64,000 nucleotides of DNA from an uncultured Spirochaetota bacterium (GTDB lineage: Bacteria > Spirochaetota > Spirochaetia > SZUA-6 > Fen-1364), in the NCBI GenBank assembly GCA_963845535.1, contig CAWJSK010000004.1, positions 1 to 64,000 of the forward strand, written 5' to 3'. The notes under the pieces were generated by a model. It was given only the letters and a program-made list of their open reading frames with translations. It had not been told where the DNA came from and did no database searches. The translations under genes and the position numbers were made by a program. Shown here in pieces: positions 18,339-27,980 of this stretch (positions are counted from its first letter, which is position 1; the number at the start of each line of letters is the position of its first letter).

Positions 18339-19309
18339 GTGGCAGACATGGTGCTGGAGCCAGCACTCCGAAACGATCTTGTGGAGCTCCTGGCGGCCAA
18401 CTTCAAAACCGAACAGGTCAACGAGCTGGGGGGGCTCATTCTCGGCAGCTTCGATTCGAACGAGGCTTCGGGGACGAAAAACCACATCTCACTATCCTCG
18501 CACAAAAGCGCAAAGCTCCTTGTCGACAAGTGCGAGCACGGGGACCAGTTGCCGGCGCTTCTGAAGCTCGTCGTCGAAATCGATGACGGGGTCGTGCACG
18601 GCAGATCGGTGCGGGTGAACGGCCTGGAAGCTTTTCTGGGCAAGCTGCTGCGCGCCGGGATCCACTACGACTTCAAAACGCGCCGCATCGTGAGCTCCTG
18701 CAAGGATCCCGGAGAGCTCGTGAATTGGGGATGCCTCAAGGACGGTCGGGAGTATGAAACCGCGGTGATCAGCTTGGACATCGCGGACAACTCGGCCCTG
18801 GTACGCAAGCACGGCCTTCGAAAAATGGAGCGGTTGTACTTCAACCTGTGGGGGTTTCTGAGAGACAAGCTTGCCGCAACGGACGGGCGGATCTGGTCAT
18901 GGGCGGGGGACGGCGGCATCATCGCCTTCGCGCTTAAGGACAGCGCCCGCAGGGCCGTGCGCTTTGCAATCGAAGTGCAGACCGCAATCCCTGTTTTCAA
19001 CCTGACCTCCGCGCTCGACTGGCATGCCAACCTCTCGCTTCGGCTCGGGATCGACTCCGGCAAGGTGAGGTTCAACGCGGACCCCGGCAAGATCGTCTCC
19101 GACGTCATCAACTACGCGGCCCACCTGGAAAAGAAGTCCACGCAGCCCGGCTGCATCTCCCTTTCGCACTCCGTGTACAACGCCCTTCCCAAGCGGGTGG
19201 CCGGGCTGTTCCACTTCGGGGGATCTTCGAGGAACAGGACTTCTACACGACCCTGCGCAGGCTCGATGGCCTGCTCCTGGAAGGAGACGGCGGGGAGCAA
19301 TTTGCATAA
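18339..19309 (+). CDS. Class III nucleotide cyclase-like protein with N-terminal helical domain (frameshift ~19220)
   Basis: SLDIADNS, WAGDG, LRLGIDSG, DVINYAAHLEK; C-terminus continues in another frame after a G run (IFEEQDFY...) to TAA 19309. Confidence 0.8.
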
Positions 19310-19352
19310 GGATGCCGAAGTGCATAAGAATGTCGATCAGGAAGGTCGCCTC

Positions 19353-19818
19353 ATGCGCCGCGCGGAGAGGAACGTAACCGACATCGAGGAGATCACGAGG
19401 ATCCTCGACCAGTGCACGGTAATCTTTCTCTCGTTCCACGACACACCTTCCCCCTATGTCGTGCCGCTTTTCTTCGGGCATGAGCCGGAAGCGTTGTACG
19501 TGCACTGCGCAGCGGTCGGGAACCAAATTGGACCTCCTGCGCGCCGACCCCCGGGTGGGCTTCAGCGCGGTTGTCTCCGCGCAGATCGTGGAAGGGAAGG
19601 CTGCGTGCGGCTTCACCGCCCGCGCGCAAAGCGTGGCTGGAGCGGGCACCGCGCGGATTGTGGCTGATGAAACGGAGAAGCGGCATGGCCTGGACCTCAT
19701 CATGGGCCATTACGCGCCGCGCAGCGCCGCGGAAGGCTTCAGCTACAAGCCCGCTTCCTTTTCACGCACCGCGGTGATCGCTGTCGAAATCCAGGTCATG
19801 ACGGCGAAAAGAATCTGA
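19353..19818 (+). CDS. Pyridoxamine 5'-phosphate oxidase/NimA-like flavoprotein (frameshift ~19520)
   Basis: MRRAER...PYVVPL..LYVHCA / GTKLDLLRADPRVGF. Confidence 0.82.
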
Positions 19819-19865
19819 GGCCGCGGGAGGCCGCCGCCCGAGGCGGCTGCAGCAGGCCCCGCCTC

Positions 19866-20876
19866 TCAGCTCGGCCCCCAGGTCGGATGAAGGTCGGTCG
19901 CTCCCGCCAGGGCATCGTCTATGCGCTTCATCACTTCCGGTGTCAGCTTCGGCAGGACGTCCAGCGCCTTCATGTTCTCCTTCACCTGATCAGGCCGGCT
20001 CGCGCCGGTGATGACCGTGCTCACGTTGGGGTTGTGGGCGCACCAGGCCAACCCCAACTGGGCAAGGGTTGCCCCCAGGTCCTTGGCGATAGGTTCAAGC
20101 TTCTTCACCGCCTCGATCCGCTGCGGGGTGACCGCGGTCTTGCGAAGCCATTCATAGCCGGGCAGCGCCATGCGGGAGTCCTTCGGGATGCCGGCGTTGT
20201 ACTTGCCCGTCAGCACGCCGGAAGCCAGGGGGCTCCAGGTGGTGAGCCCAAGCCCGATCCCCGAATACAGTCGGGCATAGTTCTGCTCCACCTTGTGACG
20301 GACGAACATGTTGTACTGGGTCTGCTCCATCTGCGGCTTGTGCAAATGATGCTTCTCCGCAATCGCCCACGCCTCCCGAAGCTCCTCCCCGCTCCACTCG
20401 GAGGTTCCCCAATACAGCGCCTTGCCGCTTTCTACCATCATGTGCATGGACCAGACTGTCTCCTCGATGGGCGTGTTCGGGTCAGGCCTGTGGCAGAACA
20501 CGAGGTCCAGGTAGTCCAACCCGAAGCGCTTCAGCGCGCCGTCGATCCCTTCGCGAAGCTTCTTCCTGTTGAGAGTCTGGCGCTCATTCACTCCGTCATG
20601 CATCCCGAAAAAGATCTTTGTCGAAACCACGTAACTGGCCCTTCGCCAGCCCAGCTTCTTCAGAGCCGCGCCCATGATCTCTTCAGACGCGCCGGCCTCA
20701 TACGCTTCCGCGTTGTCGAAGAAGTTCACTCCGGATTCCCAGGCGGCTTTCATGAGAGCCTCGGCGGCGCTCACGTCCACCTGCTTTCCGTATGTGACCC
20801 ACGAGCCGAAGGACAGCACGCTGACTTTCAGCCCCGCGCTCCCAAGACGGCGATATTCCATAGATGATTCCTCCAT
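19866..20876 (-). CDS. Aldo/keto reductase (Kv-beta-like)
   Basis: [34 protein letters not shown]. Confidence 0.93.
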   Translation of the reverse strand: MEESSMEYRRLGSAGLKVSVLSFGSWVTYGKQVDVSAAEALMKAAWESGVNFFDNAEAYEAGASEEIMGAALKKLGWRRASYVVSTKIFFGMHDGVNERQTLNRKKLREGIDGALKRFGLDYLDLVFCHRPDPNTPIEETVWSMHMMVESGKALYWGTSEWSGEELREAWAIAEKHHLHKPQMEQTQYNMFVRHKVEQNYARLYSGIGLGLTTWSPLASGVLTGKYNAGIPKDSRMALPGYEWLRKTAVTPQRIEAVKKLEPIAKDLGATLAQLGLAWCAHNPNVSTVITGASRPDQVKENMKALDVLPKLTPEVMKRIDDALAGATDLHPTWGPS

Positions 20877-21018
20877 GTTGAACAGTACTTACGATGGATA
20901 AGATACAATATTATCAAACACTTGGGTCAAACCAAAGAGGAATGGGCGATGCGGGGCGATGCGGGCCGGTCGACAAGGCCGGCCCGCAAAGGCAGGCCGT
21001 TGTCAGCTCGCGCGGTAA

Positions 21019-22101
21019 TCAGTTCGCGCTTGAGCCGACGTTGCCTTCGACCAGGGAGTCACCGCGCGAGTAGTCAATGGACCGCCCAATGCTTTGCGCC
21101 AGCCCTTCCATGCAAAAGCCGCATGCGCCCGTGGGCTCGGTTATGCACCTCTTCCCAGGGTATATCTCGTACAGCTTCTTGTATTCCAGGGGCGTGAAGT
21201 TCGGCATCAAGACGTTCGCTCCTGCCTTCAGCCCTTCAATGCGATAATCGCGATCCATGCTGCCCAGCGCAGTGGTGGCGGGGAGGTGAGCGTTCTTCGT
21301 CACCAGGCGCGTCAGGGCAACGGCTCTCAGAGTCAGGGGGACGCTTCCTTTCTTCTCTTCGCGCAGCCGCGTTTCGTGGTGCGGTATGAAGGGACCGATC
21401 CCGATCATGTCGAACCGGCTCCGCGCGAAGAAGAGAAGATCCTCCGCGATGTGCCGAAGGCTCTGGCCGGGAAGCCCCACCATGATCCCGCAGCCGACCT
21501 GGTAGCCCAGGGCGGTAAGGTCGAAGAGGCAGCGCAGCCTGGTCTCCAGCCTCCGTCCGACGTGCAAAGATTCATAGAGAGCCTTGTCCGACGATTCGAT
21601 CTTCAGGAGGTACCTGTCCGCGCCGGCTTCCCGCCACCGCTCATAATCCTCCCGGGGTCGCTCCCCGACGGAAAGTGTGATGGCAACGCCGAAGCGGCTT
21701 TTCACTTCCCTCACAACATCAGCAAGCCACAGCGGATCAAGGCCGTCGTCCTCTCCGGATTGAAGCACCACGGTCCTGATTCCTTGCACGGCAATCCTCT
21801 GTAGGCTCCGGAGGATTTCCTCCGCGCTCATCCTGTAACGCGTGATCCGCGAGTTTCCCGCGTGCAGGCCGCAATAGGAGCAGGTATTGCGGCAGAAGCT
21901 CCCGAACTCCACGATGCCTCGCAGAAGGATCCCCTCCCCCATGAACTGGCTGCGCGTCCTGTCCGCCGCATCGAAGATCAACCGCATCTGCTCCGTACCT
22001 TCCTGGCCCAGGAGGAAGACGAGATCCTCGACTGCGGGGTCCTTTGCCGTTTCGACGCGGGCGAGGGCTTCGGCTACCAAGCTGCTCATCATCTCAACCA
22101 T
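21019..22101 (-). CDS. hydE: [FeFe]-hydrogenase maturase HydE (radical SAM)
   Basis: CRNTCSYC, GIGPFIPH, PATTAL, YEIYPGK. Confidence 0.93.
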   Translation of the reverse strand: MVEMMSSLVAEALARVETAKDPAVEDLVFLLGQEGTEQMRLIFDAADRTRSQFMGEGILLRGIVEFGSFCRNTCSYCGLHAGNSRITRYRMSAEEILRSLQRIAVQGIRTVVLQSGEDDGLDPLWLADVVREVKSRFGVAITLSVGERPREDYERWREAGADRYLLKIESSDKALYESLHVGRRLETRLRCLFDLTALGYQVGCGIMVGLPGQSLRHIAEDLLFFARSRFDMIGIGPFIPHHETRLREEKKGSVPLTLRAVALTRLVTKNAHLPATTALGSMDRDYRIEGLKAGANVLMPNFTPLEYKKLYEIYPGKRCITEPTGACGFCMEGLAQSIGRSIDYSRGDSLVEGNVGSSAN

Positions 22102-22111
22102 CTCAACTATC

Positions 22112-23449
22112 TCACCCTGGCGTCAGGGCCGGCTGGGCCGCCTCGGGCGGCTTCTCACGCGCCCGCGCTTCCTGGCGTAAGGGCGCCTCCTGTTGCAGGC
22201 GCGCCTTCTCCCGACGGAAGGCATCCAGCGCGGCCGGGAACGGCGAAAGGGTCCGCTCGATCACGCCCTGGAGCACGGAGATTGCCACCCCGTAGTTCGT
22301 GACCGCCACCCCGGCCTGTCGGGCTTTTTGCATCCGTGAGAGCATTTCCCGCCGGGTGAGCATGCAGCCGCCGCAGTGGATGACAAGCCGGTACTGGGAG
22401 AGGTTCTCAGGGTAGTCTCTCCCCGCGCACGAGTCGATCCGAACATCAGCCCCCACATACTGCCGCAGCCACCGGGGGATCTTCACGCGGCCGATGTCAT
22501 CCTCGATTGCGTGATGGCTGCACGCCTCCGCAATCAGCACGCGATCATCCGGTCCCATGTCGGTGAGAACGGCGGCGCCCCTGGCCAGGTCGACGAGGTC
22601 TCCCTTGTACCTGGCAAAGAGGATGGAGAACGTGGTGCACGCAACGTCACGGGGAGTATCACCCACCATCTTGAGCACCACCTGGGAGTCGCACACCGTT
22701 ATATCCGGAGGCGTCCGAAGCCGCTGGAGGAAGGCCCCATACTCCCTTTCCTTGACGACGGCAACGGCCGCGTCACAGTCGAGAGTATCGCGGATGGTCT
22801 GGACCTGAGGCAGGATGAGCCGGCCGCGCGGGGCTTGCAGGTCGATGGGTACAACGAGAACGGCAAGTCCCACCCCCTTCCCTGAAGAGAGAAGGTCTCC
22901 GATCAACGGCGGCGGAGCAAGGAACTCCTCGGGGCAGACATCGAGGATATGCTGTTTGAGCTGGGCGATTGTCTGCTCTCTGCCGGCCGTCTGGACGCTG
23001 GAGCAGAAAACCATCCGCGTCGACTTTTCCCTCACGACGGCAAGAAACTCGGCTGAAGGGACGCGGATATCCGTTTTATTGACCACCAGGATGACCGGCA
23101 CGTTGCGCTCGGCAGCCTGGGAGAGGATCTCATCCTCATAGGCCGTCCAAGTGTCCGGCTCCAGGATGAGCGCTATCACGTCCGCCCTGTCGAATATCTT
23201 CCTGGTCTTTGCAACGCGAAGGTCGGCAAGCTCGGAGCTGTCATCCATTCCGGCCGTGTCGAGGAAGACGACAGGGCCAATGGGAAGGAGCTCCATGGGC
23301 TTTTCCACGACGTCCGTGGTGGTGCCGGGGATGGGGGAGACGATGGCAACGTCCTGGCCCGCAATCATGTTCAGAAAGCTGGACTTGCCCACGTTGGTCC
23401 TGCCGAACAACGCGATATGAAGTCGAAGAGATTTTGGCGTTTGCGTCAT
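22112..23449 (-). CDS. hydF: [FeFe]-hydrogenase maturation GTPase HydF
   Basis: GRTNVGKS, APRGRLILPQVQ, EACSH, HCGGC. Confidence 0.97.
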   Translation of the reverse strand: MTQTPKSLRLHIALFGRTNVGKSSFLNMIAGQDVAIVSPIPGTTTDVVEKPMELLPIGPVVFLDTAGMDDSSELADLRVAKTRKIFDRADVIALILEPDTWTAYEDEILSQAAERNVPVILVVNKTDIRVPSAEFLAVVREKSTRMVFCSSVQTAGREQTIAQLKQHILDVCPEEFLAPPPLIGDLLSSGKGVGLAVLVVPIDLQAPRGRLILPQVQTIRDTLDCDAAVAVVKEREYGAFLQRLRTPPDITVCDSQVVLKMVGDTPRDVACTTFSILFARYKGDLVDLARGAAVLTDMGPDDRVLIAEACSHHAIEDDIGRVKIPRWLRQYVGADVRIDSCAGRDYPENLSQYRLVIHCGGCMLTRREMLSRMQKARQAGVAVTNYGVAISVLQGVIERTLSPFPAALDAFRREKARLQQEAPLRQEARAREKPPEAAQPALTPG

Positions 23450-24855
23450 GGCTGAGCGTCCTTGCTTGAATCCTTGCTCCCCGTGTCCTTGTGGCCGAGG
23501 GCAACGAGACTCTGCGCTGAGAAAACCTCGCTCACAAGATGATCCCCGAGCTTTTCCCGAAGGAACTCCAGGATGTTCTCCTGGCCCGAAGCCAGGAATT
23601 GTCGAACCAGGTCCGTGGCTTTGTCGTAGCCCATGTGAGGAAGGAGCGCCGTGACGATCATCGGGCTTCTTTCAAAGAATGCCCGGCAGCGCGGCTCATC
23701 AGCGCCAATCCCGCGCACGTGGCCGGCAAGCTGGAGGTCGACGCGCTCCAGGAGGTCGAGTGATTCATGCAGCGCGAAGCTCACCAGAGGAAGGAACTCG
23801 TTGATCTGAAAGCTGCCGCGGGAACAGGCGTCCGCAATCAGGGAGTCATTTGCCATCACCTTCATTCCCGCCTGTATACCTGCCTCCAGCAGCACGGGGT
23901 TCACCTTCCCCGGCATGATGGAAGAGCCCGCCTGCACGCCGGGCACCCGGATTTCTCCCAGCAGCCCCATGAGGCGAAGGTCATTGCAGATCTTCACAAG
24001 ACTGGCCGCGTGCGCTTTGAGGATGCCGGAAACTTCCACGAAGCAGTCCGCGTTGGCGGTCTGATCAAGGAGGTTCTCTCCCCGGGCCAATCCCAGGCCC
24101 GTCACGTCGCGAAGCCGCTCGATCACCAGGAAGATGTAGCTGCGGGGAGCGCTGATGCCTGTGCCCACGGCGGTCCCGCCAATGTTCACCACGCGCAGGC
24201 GCTCCTCGCACTTGAACGTGCGCCACCTGTCCCGGGCCACTGCTTCCGCAAAAGCGGAGAACTCGGCGCCGAGCGTGATAGGGACTGCTTCCTGCAGCTC
24301 GGTCCTGCCAATCGTGATGATCCCGGTGAACTGTTTCTCTTTTTCCTGGAGCGCGCCCTGGAGTCCGGCAATGGCTTCGCTGAGCCGGCGCAACCCCATG
24401 ATTGCGCTCACCTTCAACGCTGTGGGGTACGTGTCATTCGTGGACTGATTGAGGTTCACGTCCTCAATGGGATGAACCCGGGCATAATCCCCCCGGTTCC
24501 CGCCGAGTATCTCGATTGCCCGGTTGGCAATCACCTCGTTCACGTTCATGTTGGTGGAGGTTCCCGCTCCGCCCTGCAAGGCATCCACGGGGAACTGGTC
24601 TGAAAGGCTGCCTGAGGCAATCTCGTCACAAGCCTGGATGATGGCGGCGCCCTTCTGCGCGGAGAGGAGCCCCAGCTCCATGTTGGCCAGGCTGCAGGCC
24701 TTCTTCACCAGCGCGCAGGCGCGCACCATGCCGGGGTGGACGCGGTATCCCGTGAAGGGGAAGTTCGCGCGCGCCCTTTCGGTGTGTGCGCCCCAGTACG
24801 CTTGGGAAGGGACCGGGACGCTCCCCAGGAGATCCTCTTCCACTCGGTATTCCAT
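23446..24855 (-). CDS. aspA: Aspartate ammonia-lyase
   Basis: GAGTSTNMNVNE, QSTND, GSSIMPGKVNP. Confidence 0.9.
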   Translation of the reverse strand: MEYRVEEDLLGSVPVPSQAYWGAHTERARANFPFTGYRVHPGMVRACALVKKACSLANMELGLLSAQKGAAIIQACDEIASGSLSDQFPVDALQGGAGTSTNMNVNEVIANRAIEILGGNRGDYARVHPIEDVNLNQSTNDTYPTALKVSAIMGLRRLSEAIAGLQGALQEKEKQFTGIITIGRTELQEAVPITLGAEFSAFAEAVARDRWRTFKCEERLRVVNIGGTAVGTGISAPRSYIFLVIERLRDVTGLGLARGENLLDQTANADCFVEVSGILKAHAASLVKICNDLRLMGLLGEIRVPGVQAGSSIMPGKVNPVLLEAGIQAGMKVMANDSLIADACSRGSFQINEFLPLVSFALHESLDLLERVDLQLAGHVRGIGADEPRCRAFFERSPMIVTALLPHMGYDKATDLVRQFLASGQENILEFLREKLGDHLVSEVFSAQSLVALGHKDTGSKDSSKDAQP

Positions 24856-24884
24856 AGACCGCCCGTCCTCGTCCTGCCGCGTTC

Positions 24885-26390
24885 TCAGAAGCAGAGGTCC
24901 CGCTCACCCGCTTTGATCCGGCCGTGGTAGTCGGTAAGCGTGCGCACGATTGCCGGCGTGAAATCCCGCGGCTCGCGCGCCTTGATCTCCGCCAGCTCCT
25001 TCCGGATGATCGCCTCTCCCATGCGCCGGGTGTCGGGGGACGCGAAATCCTCAAGCCACTCCTGGAACGTAAGGACGGCGTTGAGCTTGCAGAAGCACCC
25101 CTCCCGGCCGGTGCGCAGCAGGTTCATGATGTTCTTTCCCGTCCTGCCGCAGCGGTAACCGGCGGTGCAGAAGGAGGTGATGTATCCCATGGAGGCAAGC
25201 TCGCGGATGACCTCATCCAGGGACCGCGTGTCGCCCAGGAGGAACTGCTGCTTCCTTTCCTGCTGGCTGTCCGTATCATCGCTGTAGGCGCCAATACCGA
25301 TGCGGCTGGACGCGTCCCGCTGCGTGCACATGGGGATCACTTCACGGAGAAGCTCGGGGCTTTCGCGGCAGGTGACGATGAGCCCCGCGTACGGAATGCT
25401 GAGCCGAAGCACGGCGATCAGCCTCTTGAAGTCGGTGTCCGTGACCTTGTGGGTGAGCCAGCCGAAGCTCGTATTCACGGCGGGCTCGATGCGCGGAACG
25501 GAAATGGTGTGGGGCCCGATGCCGAAGCGGCTTTCCAGGTCAAGGGCATGGAACAGCATGCCCATGACCTCGAACTTCCAGTCGTACAGGCCGAACAAGG
25601 CGCCGATTGCCACATCGTCTACACCGGCTTCCATGGCCCTGTGGAGCGCGTAGAGCCTCCACCCGAAGTCCCCTTTCACGGTTCCCGCGGGGTGAACCGC
25701 CGCGTACGTTTCATGGTGGTAGGTTTCCTGGAAGACCTGGTACGTGCCAATGCCCGCTTCGTGGATCTTGGCCATGTCCGCAATCGACAAAGGGGCCGCG
25801 TTGACGTTCACCCTGCGGATTTCCCCCCGGCCCTTCCTGACCGGCACTTTCACGGCGTAGATCCGGCGGATGCTCTCTGCGATGTAGTCCGCGCTCGTGG
25901 AGGGATGCTCGCCGTAGACCGCGACAATGCGTTTGTGGCCGAGGTCCCCCGCAAGGACGCGAGCCTCGCGCTCGATCTCCTCGAAGGACAGCACCCTGCG
26001 CTGCACAGCGCCGTTGTCGGCCCGAAAGCCGCAGTAGACGCAACGGTTGACGCACCGGTTTGCGCAGTAAAGGGGCGCGAAGGTGACCACTCGGTTGTCG
26101 TACACCGCATTTTTCACCTGCGCGGCGGCATCGTATATTTCTTCCCACAGCGCCGGGTCGGTAACGTTCAGAAGCGCCGCGGTTTCCTCAGGAAGAAGCG
26201 TCTGCACGGCGAGCGACTTCCCGATGATGCCGCGGATCCTCGCCGGCTCGGGGTTGGCTCCTCGAACCAGGAGTGATTCGATCAGCGTGTCGTTGATGAA
26301 GTCTCTGCCGTCATTCAGGTACCTGTCGATCTCATCGCGCTTGATCACGCTTTCCTTCCAACTGCGTTCCAACGTTGTCATGTGTTCCAT
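24885..26390 (-). CDS. hydG: [FeFe]-hydrogenase maturase HydG
   Basis: CVNRCVYC, FQETY, PHTIS, C-terminal CX5CX19C. Confidence 0.95.
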   Translation of the reverse strand: MEHMTTLERSWKESVIKRDEIDRYLNDGRDFINDTLIESLLVRGANPEPARIRGIIGKSLAVQTLLPEETAALLNVTDPALWEEIYDAAAQVKNAVYDNRVVTFAPLYCANRCVNRCVYCGFRADNGAVQRRVLSFEEIEREARVLAGDLGHKRIVAVYGEHPSTSADYIAESIRRIYAVKVPVRKGRGEIRRVNVNAAPLSIADMAKIHEAGIGTYQVFQETYHHETYAAVHPAGTVKGDFGWRLYALHRAMEAGVDDVAIGALFGLYDWKFEVMGMLFHALDLESRFGIGPHTISVPRIEPAVNTSFGWLTHKVTDTDFKRLIAVLRLSIPYAGLIVTCRESPELLREVIPMCTQRDASSRIGIGAYSDDTDSQQERKQQFLLGDTRSLDEVIRELASMGYITSFCTAGYRCGRTGKNIMNLLRTGREGCFCKLNAVLTFQEWLEDFASPDTRRMGEAIIRKELAEIKAREPRDFTPAIVRTLTDYHGRIKAGERDLCF

Positions 26391-26416
26391 ATAGGCTTCC
26401 TCCGGATGTCCGCGTC

Positions 26417-26668
26417 TCAGACCCTCGCAAGGGTCGACTTGACCGTCACGTCTTCGATCATCCCCAACTTTCCGGTGAGCGCGCCGATCTGGTCCGTGGT
26501 GGCATCCACAATCAACGTGATGATGTTGAGGTCCCGCGCCGCGTACGGCAGCCCCATCCTCCCGAGGATGATGTCGCCGAACTGCGTGAGAACCTGGTTC
26601 ACTTCGGGAGCCCCCGTTGCGCGCTTTTTCACGATGACTGCCACCACACCCACTGCCCGTTGTTCCAT
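26417..26668 (-). CDS. TM1266 family iron-only hydrogenase system putative regulator
   Basis: ILGRMGLPY, IGALTGKLG..EDVTVKS; first gene of hyd operon. Confidence 0.9.
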   Translation of the reverse strand: MEQRAVGVVAVIVKKRATGAPEVNQVLTQFGDIILGRMGLPYAARDLNIITLIVDATTDQIGALTGKLGMIEDVTVKSTLARV

Positions 26669-26755
26669 GATGAGACTCCTTGCACGTGTAACTGTGGAAA
26701 GAGGCTGGAAGGGAGGGGTCGAAGAAGGGCGTGTTACGCGGCTGGGCTTCTGCTC

Positions 26756-26840
26756 AAAAAAAAAGCCCCTCCGCGGTGAGGGACAGGCAGGCGCTCGATC
26801 AGCGACCCTTGGCTTCAGAGAAGCTCCTTACCGCAGGTAT
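26756..26840 (-). ncRNA. Candidate riboswitch/attenuator leader with intrinsic terminator
   Basis: Terminator GUCCCUC/GAGGGGC + U9 (26784-26756) competes with a long-range helix 26836-26826 / 26781-26771. Confidence 0.6.
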
Positions 26841-26846
26841 GAATCG

Positions 26847-26875
26847 AGAATGGACTCACGATTGAAAAGTGTCAA
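26847..26875 (-). promoter_or_regulatory. sigma70 promoter of hyd operon
   Basis: TTGACA-N17-CATTCT. Confidence 0.75.
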
Positions 26876-26885
26876 GTAGGGCTGT

Positions 26886-26914
26886 TTGACTACCAATGCG
26901 GGTCAGACTATTCT
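26886..26914 (+). promoter_or_regulatory. sigma70 promoter (probably leaderless) of cyclase gene
   Basis: TTGACT-N17-TATTCT, 6 nt before ATG 26921. Confidence 0.75.
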
Positions 26915-26920
26915 CGTACT

Positions 26921-27832
26921 ATGTTTGATGAAACTCTCATAAAAGACCTGATTGAAATGTATGGCAAAAGTCTTTCTTTCACGGACATAGAAGCCGTAGG
27001 TGGGTACCTTTTCAAGCAACGCTCCTACAGCATCCATGCTGTTGCCGGCTTCGACCCCAAGCGGAGCGTCTCTCCTCTGAACGCCGCCAAGGTACTCGTG
27101 GAAGAAGTCGAAAAAAAGAACAGGCTCAAGGACCTCTTCGCTTTCACCATCGAGCTGGACGGCACGCCTCTGAACGGCAAAGCCGTGCGGCTGGATGGGC
27201 TGGAAAACCTCCTCTATCGGCTGGCCCGCACGGGGCAGTACTTCGACTTCGCGAAGCGGAGGTTCGTGGATATCGACGACAGCACAAAGCTCCTCAACTG
27301 GGGCGCGCTCAGGGAGGGCCGCGAGTATCCGTTCGTCATTGCCTCCGTCGACATCTGCCAGAACAGTGAGATGGTGAAGAAATACACGACGAAGGTGATG
27401 GAGAAGGTGTATTACCGGCTATGGGCTTTCCTGAAGGCGCGGCTCGATGACTGGGAAGGCAGGATCTGGAGCTGGGCGGGAGACGGCGGGATACTCGCTT
27501 TCCGCGGAGACCAGGGGATCAACCAGTCCGTGAGCTGCTGCCTGGAGATCCTTTCGGCCCTGCCGGTATTCAACATGCAGCCTGACAAGGCGATCAAGGA
27601 CGAGATCCACTTGCGCATGGGCCTGGATTTCGGCCCGGTCAAGTTCTTCACCGACACGGGCCGAATCGTCTCCGACGTGATCAACTACGCCGCTCACCTG
27701 GAAAAGAAGGGCACGAAGCCGCGCGCCTTGAGCGTGTCGGACACCGTTCACAGCCGGCTTTCCCCCTCCATGAAGCAAGTCTTCCCCCACCAGATGAGTT
27801 CGAGGGCCGGCTCGGCAATGACTACTTCCTGA
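26921..27832 (+). CDS. Class III nucleotide cyclase-like protein, paralog of 18339..19309
   Basis: SVDICQNS, WSWAGDGG, LRMGLDFG, SDVINYAAHLEKK; possible frameshift in the last ~15 codons. Confidence 0.82.
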   Translation: MFDETLIKDLIEMYGKSLSFTDIEAVGGYLFKQRSYSIHAVAGFDPKRSVSPLNAAKVLVEEVEKKNRLKDLFAFTIELDGTPLNGKAVRLDGLENLLYRLARTGQYFDFAKRRFVDIDDSTKLLNWGALREGREYPFVIASVDICQNSEMVKKYTTKVMEKVYYRLWAFLKARLDDWEGRIWSWAGDGGILAFRGDQGINQSVSCCLEILSALPVFNMQPDKAIKDEIHLRMGLDFGPVKFFTDTGRIVSDVINYAAHLEKKGTKPRALSVSDTVHSRLSPSMKQVFPHQMSSRAGSAMTTS

Positions 27833-27980
27833 GTCCGCGGTCCTTTCTCGGGCCGCTCCTTGGCAGTATCCCCACTCTCATTTGACAAGACGGAGGCCAG
27901 CGGGAAAAGCCTTTCAAGGCTTTTTTCATGGCAAAAGTCCTCCGGACGCGCTATGATTCTAAGGGTAACAAGGAGGAAAC

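Noticed and set aside
18339..19667. Cyclase-flavoprotein fusion (442-aa ORF)
   Set aside because: Created by a frameshift in a G run; the cyclase has its own stop at 19309 and the second gene its own SD and ATG at 19353.
24885..26390. thiH (thiamine synthesis)
   Set aside because: Has the C-terminal auxiliary-cluster domain and sits with hydE/hydF, so it is hydG.
26686..26740. Solitary attC (GTGTAAC...GTTACGC)
   Set aside because: No paired L arms; the interior is a purine run.
26756..26840. Fluoride or TPP riboswitch
   Set aside because: Only loose word-level similarity; the required pairings and invariant cores are not present by eye (Rfam search not run).
18339..27832. Pycsar/CBASS defence system
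   Set aside because: No adjacent cNMP-binding TM or TIR effector gene; the context is housekeeping.
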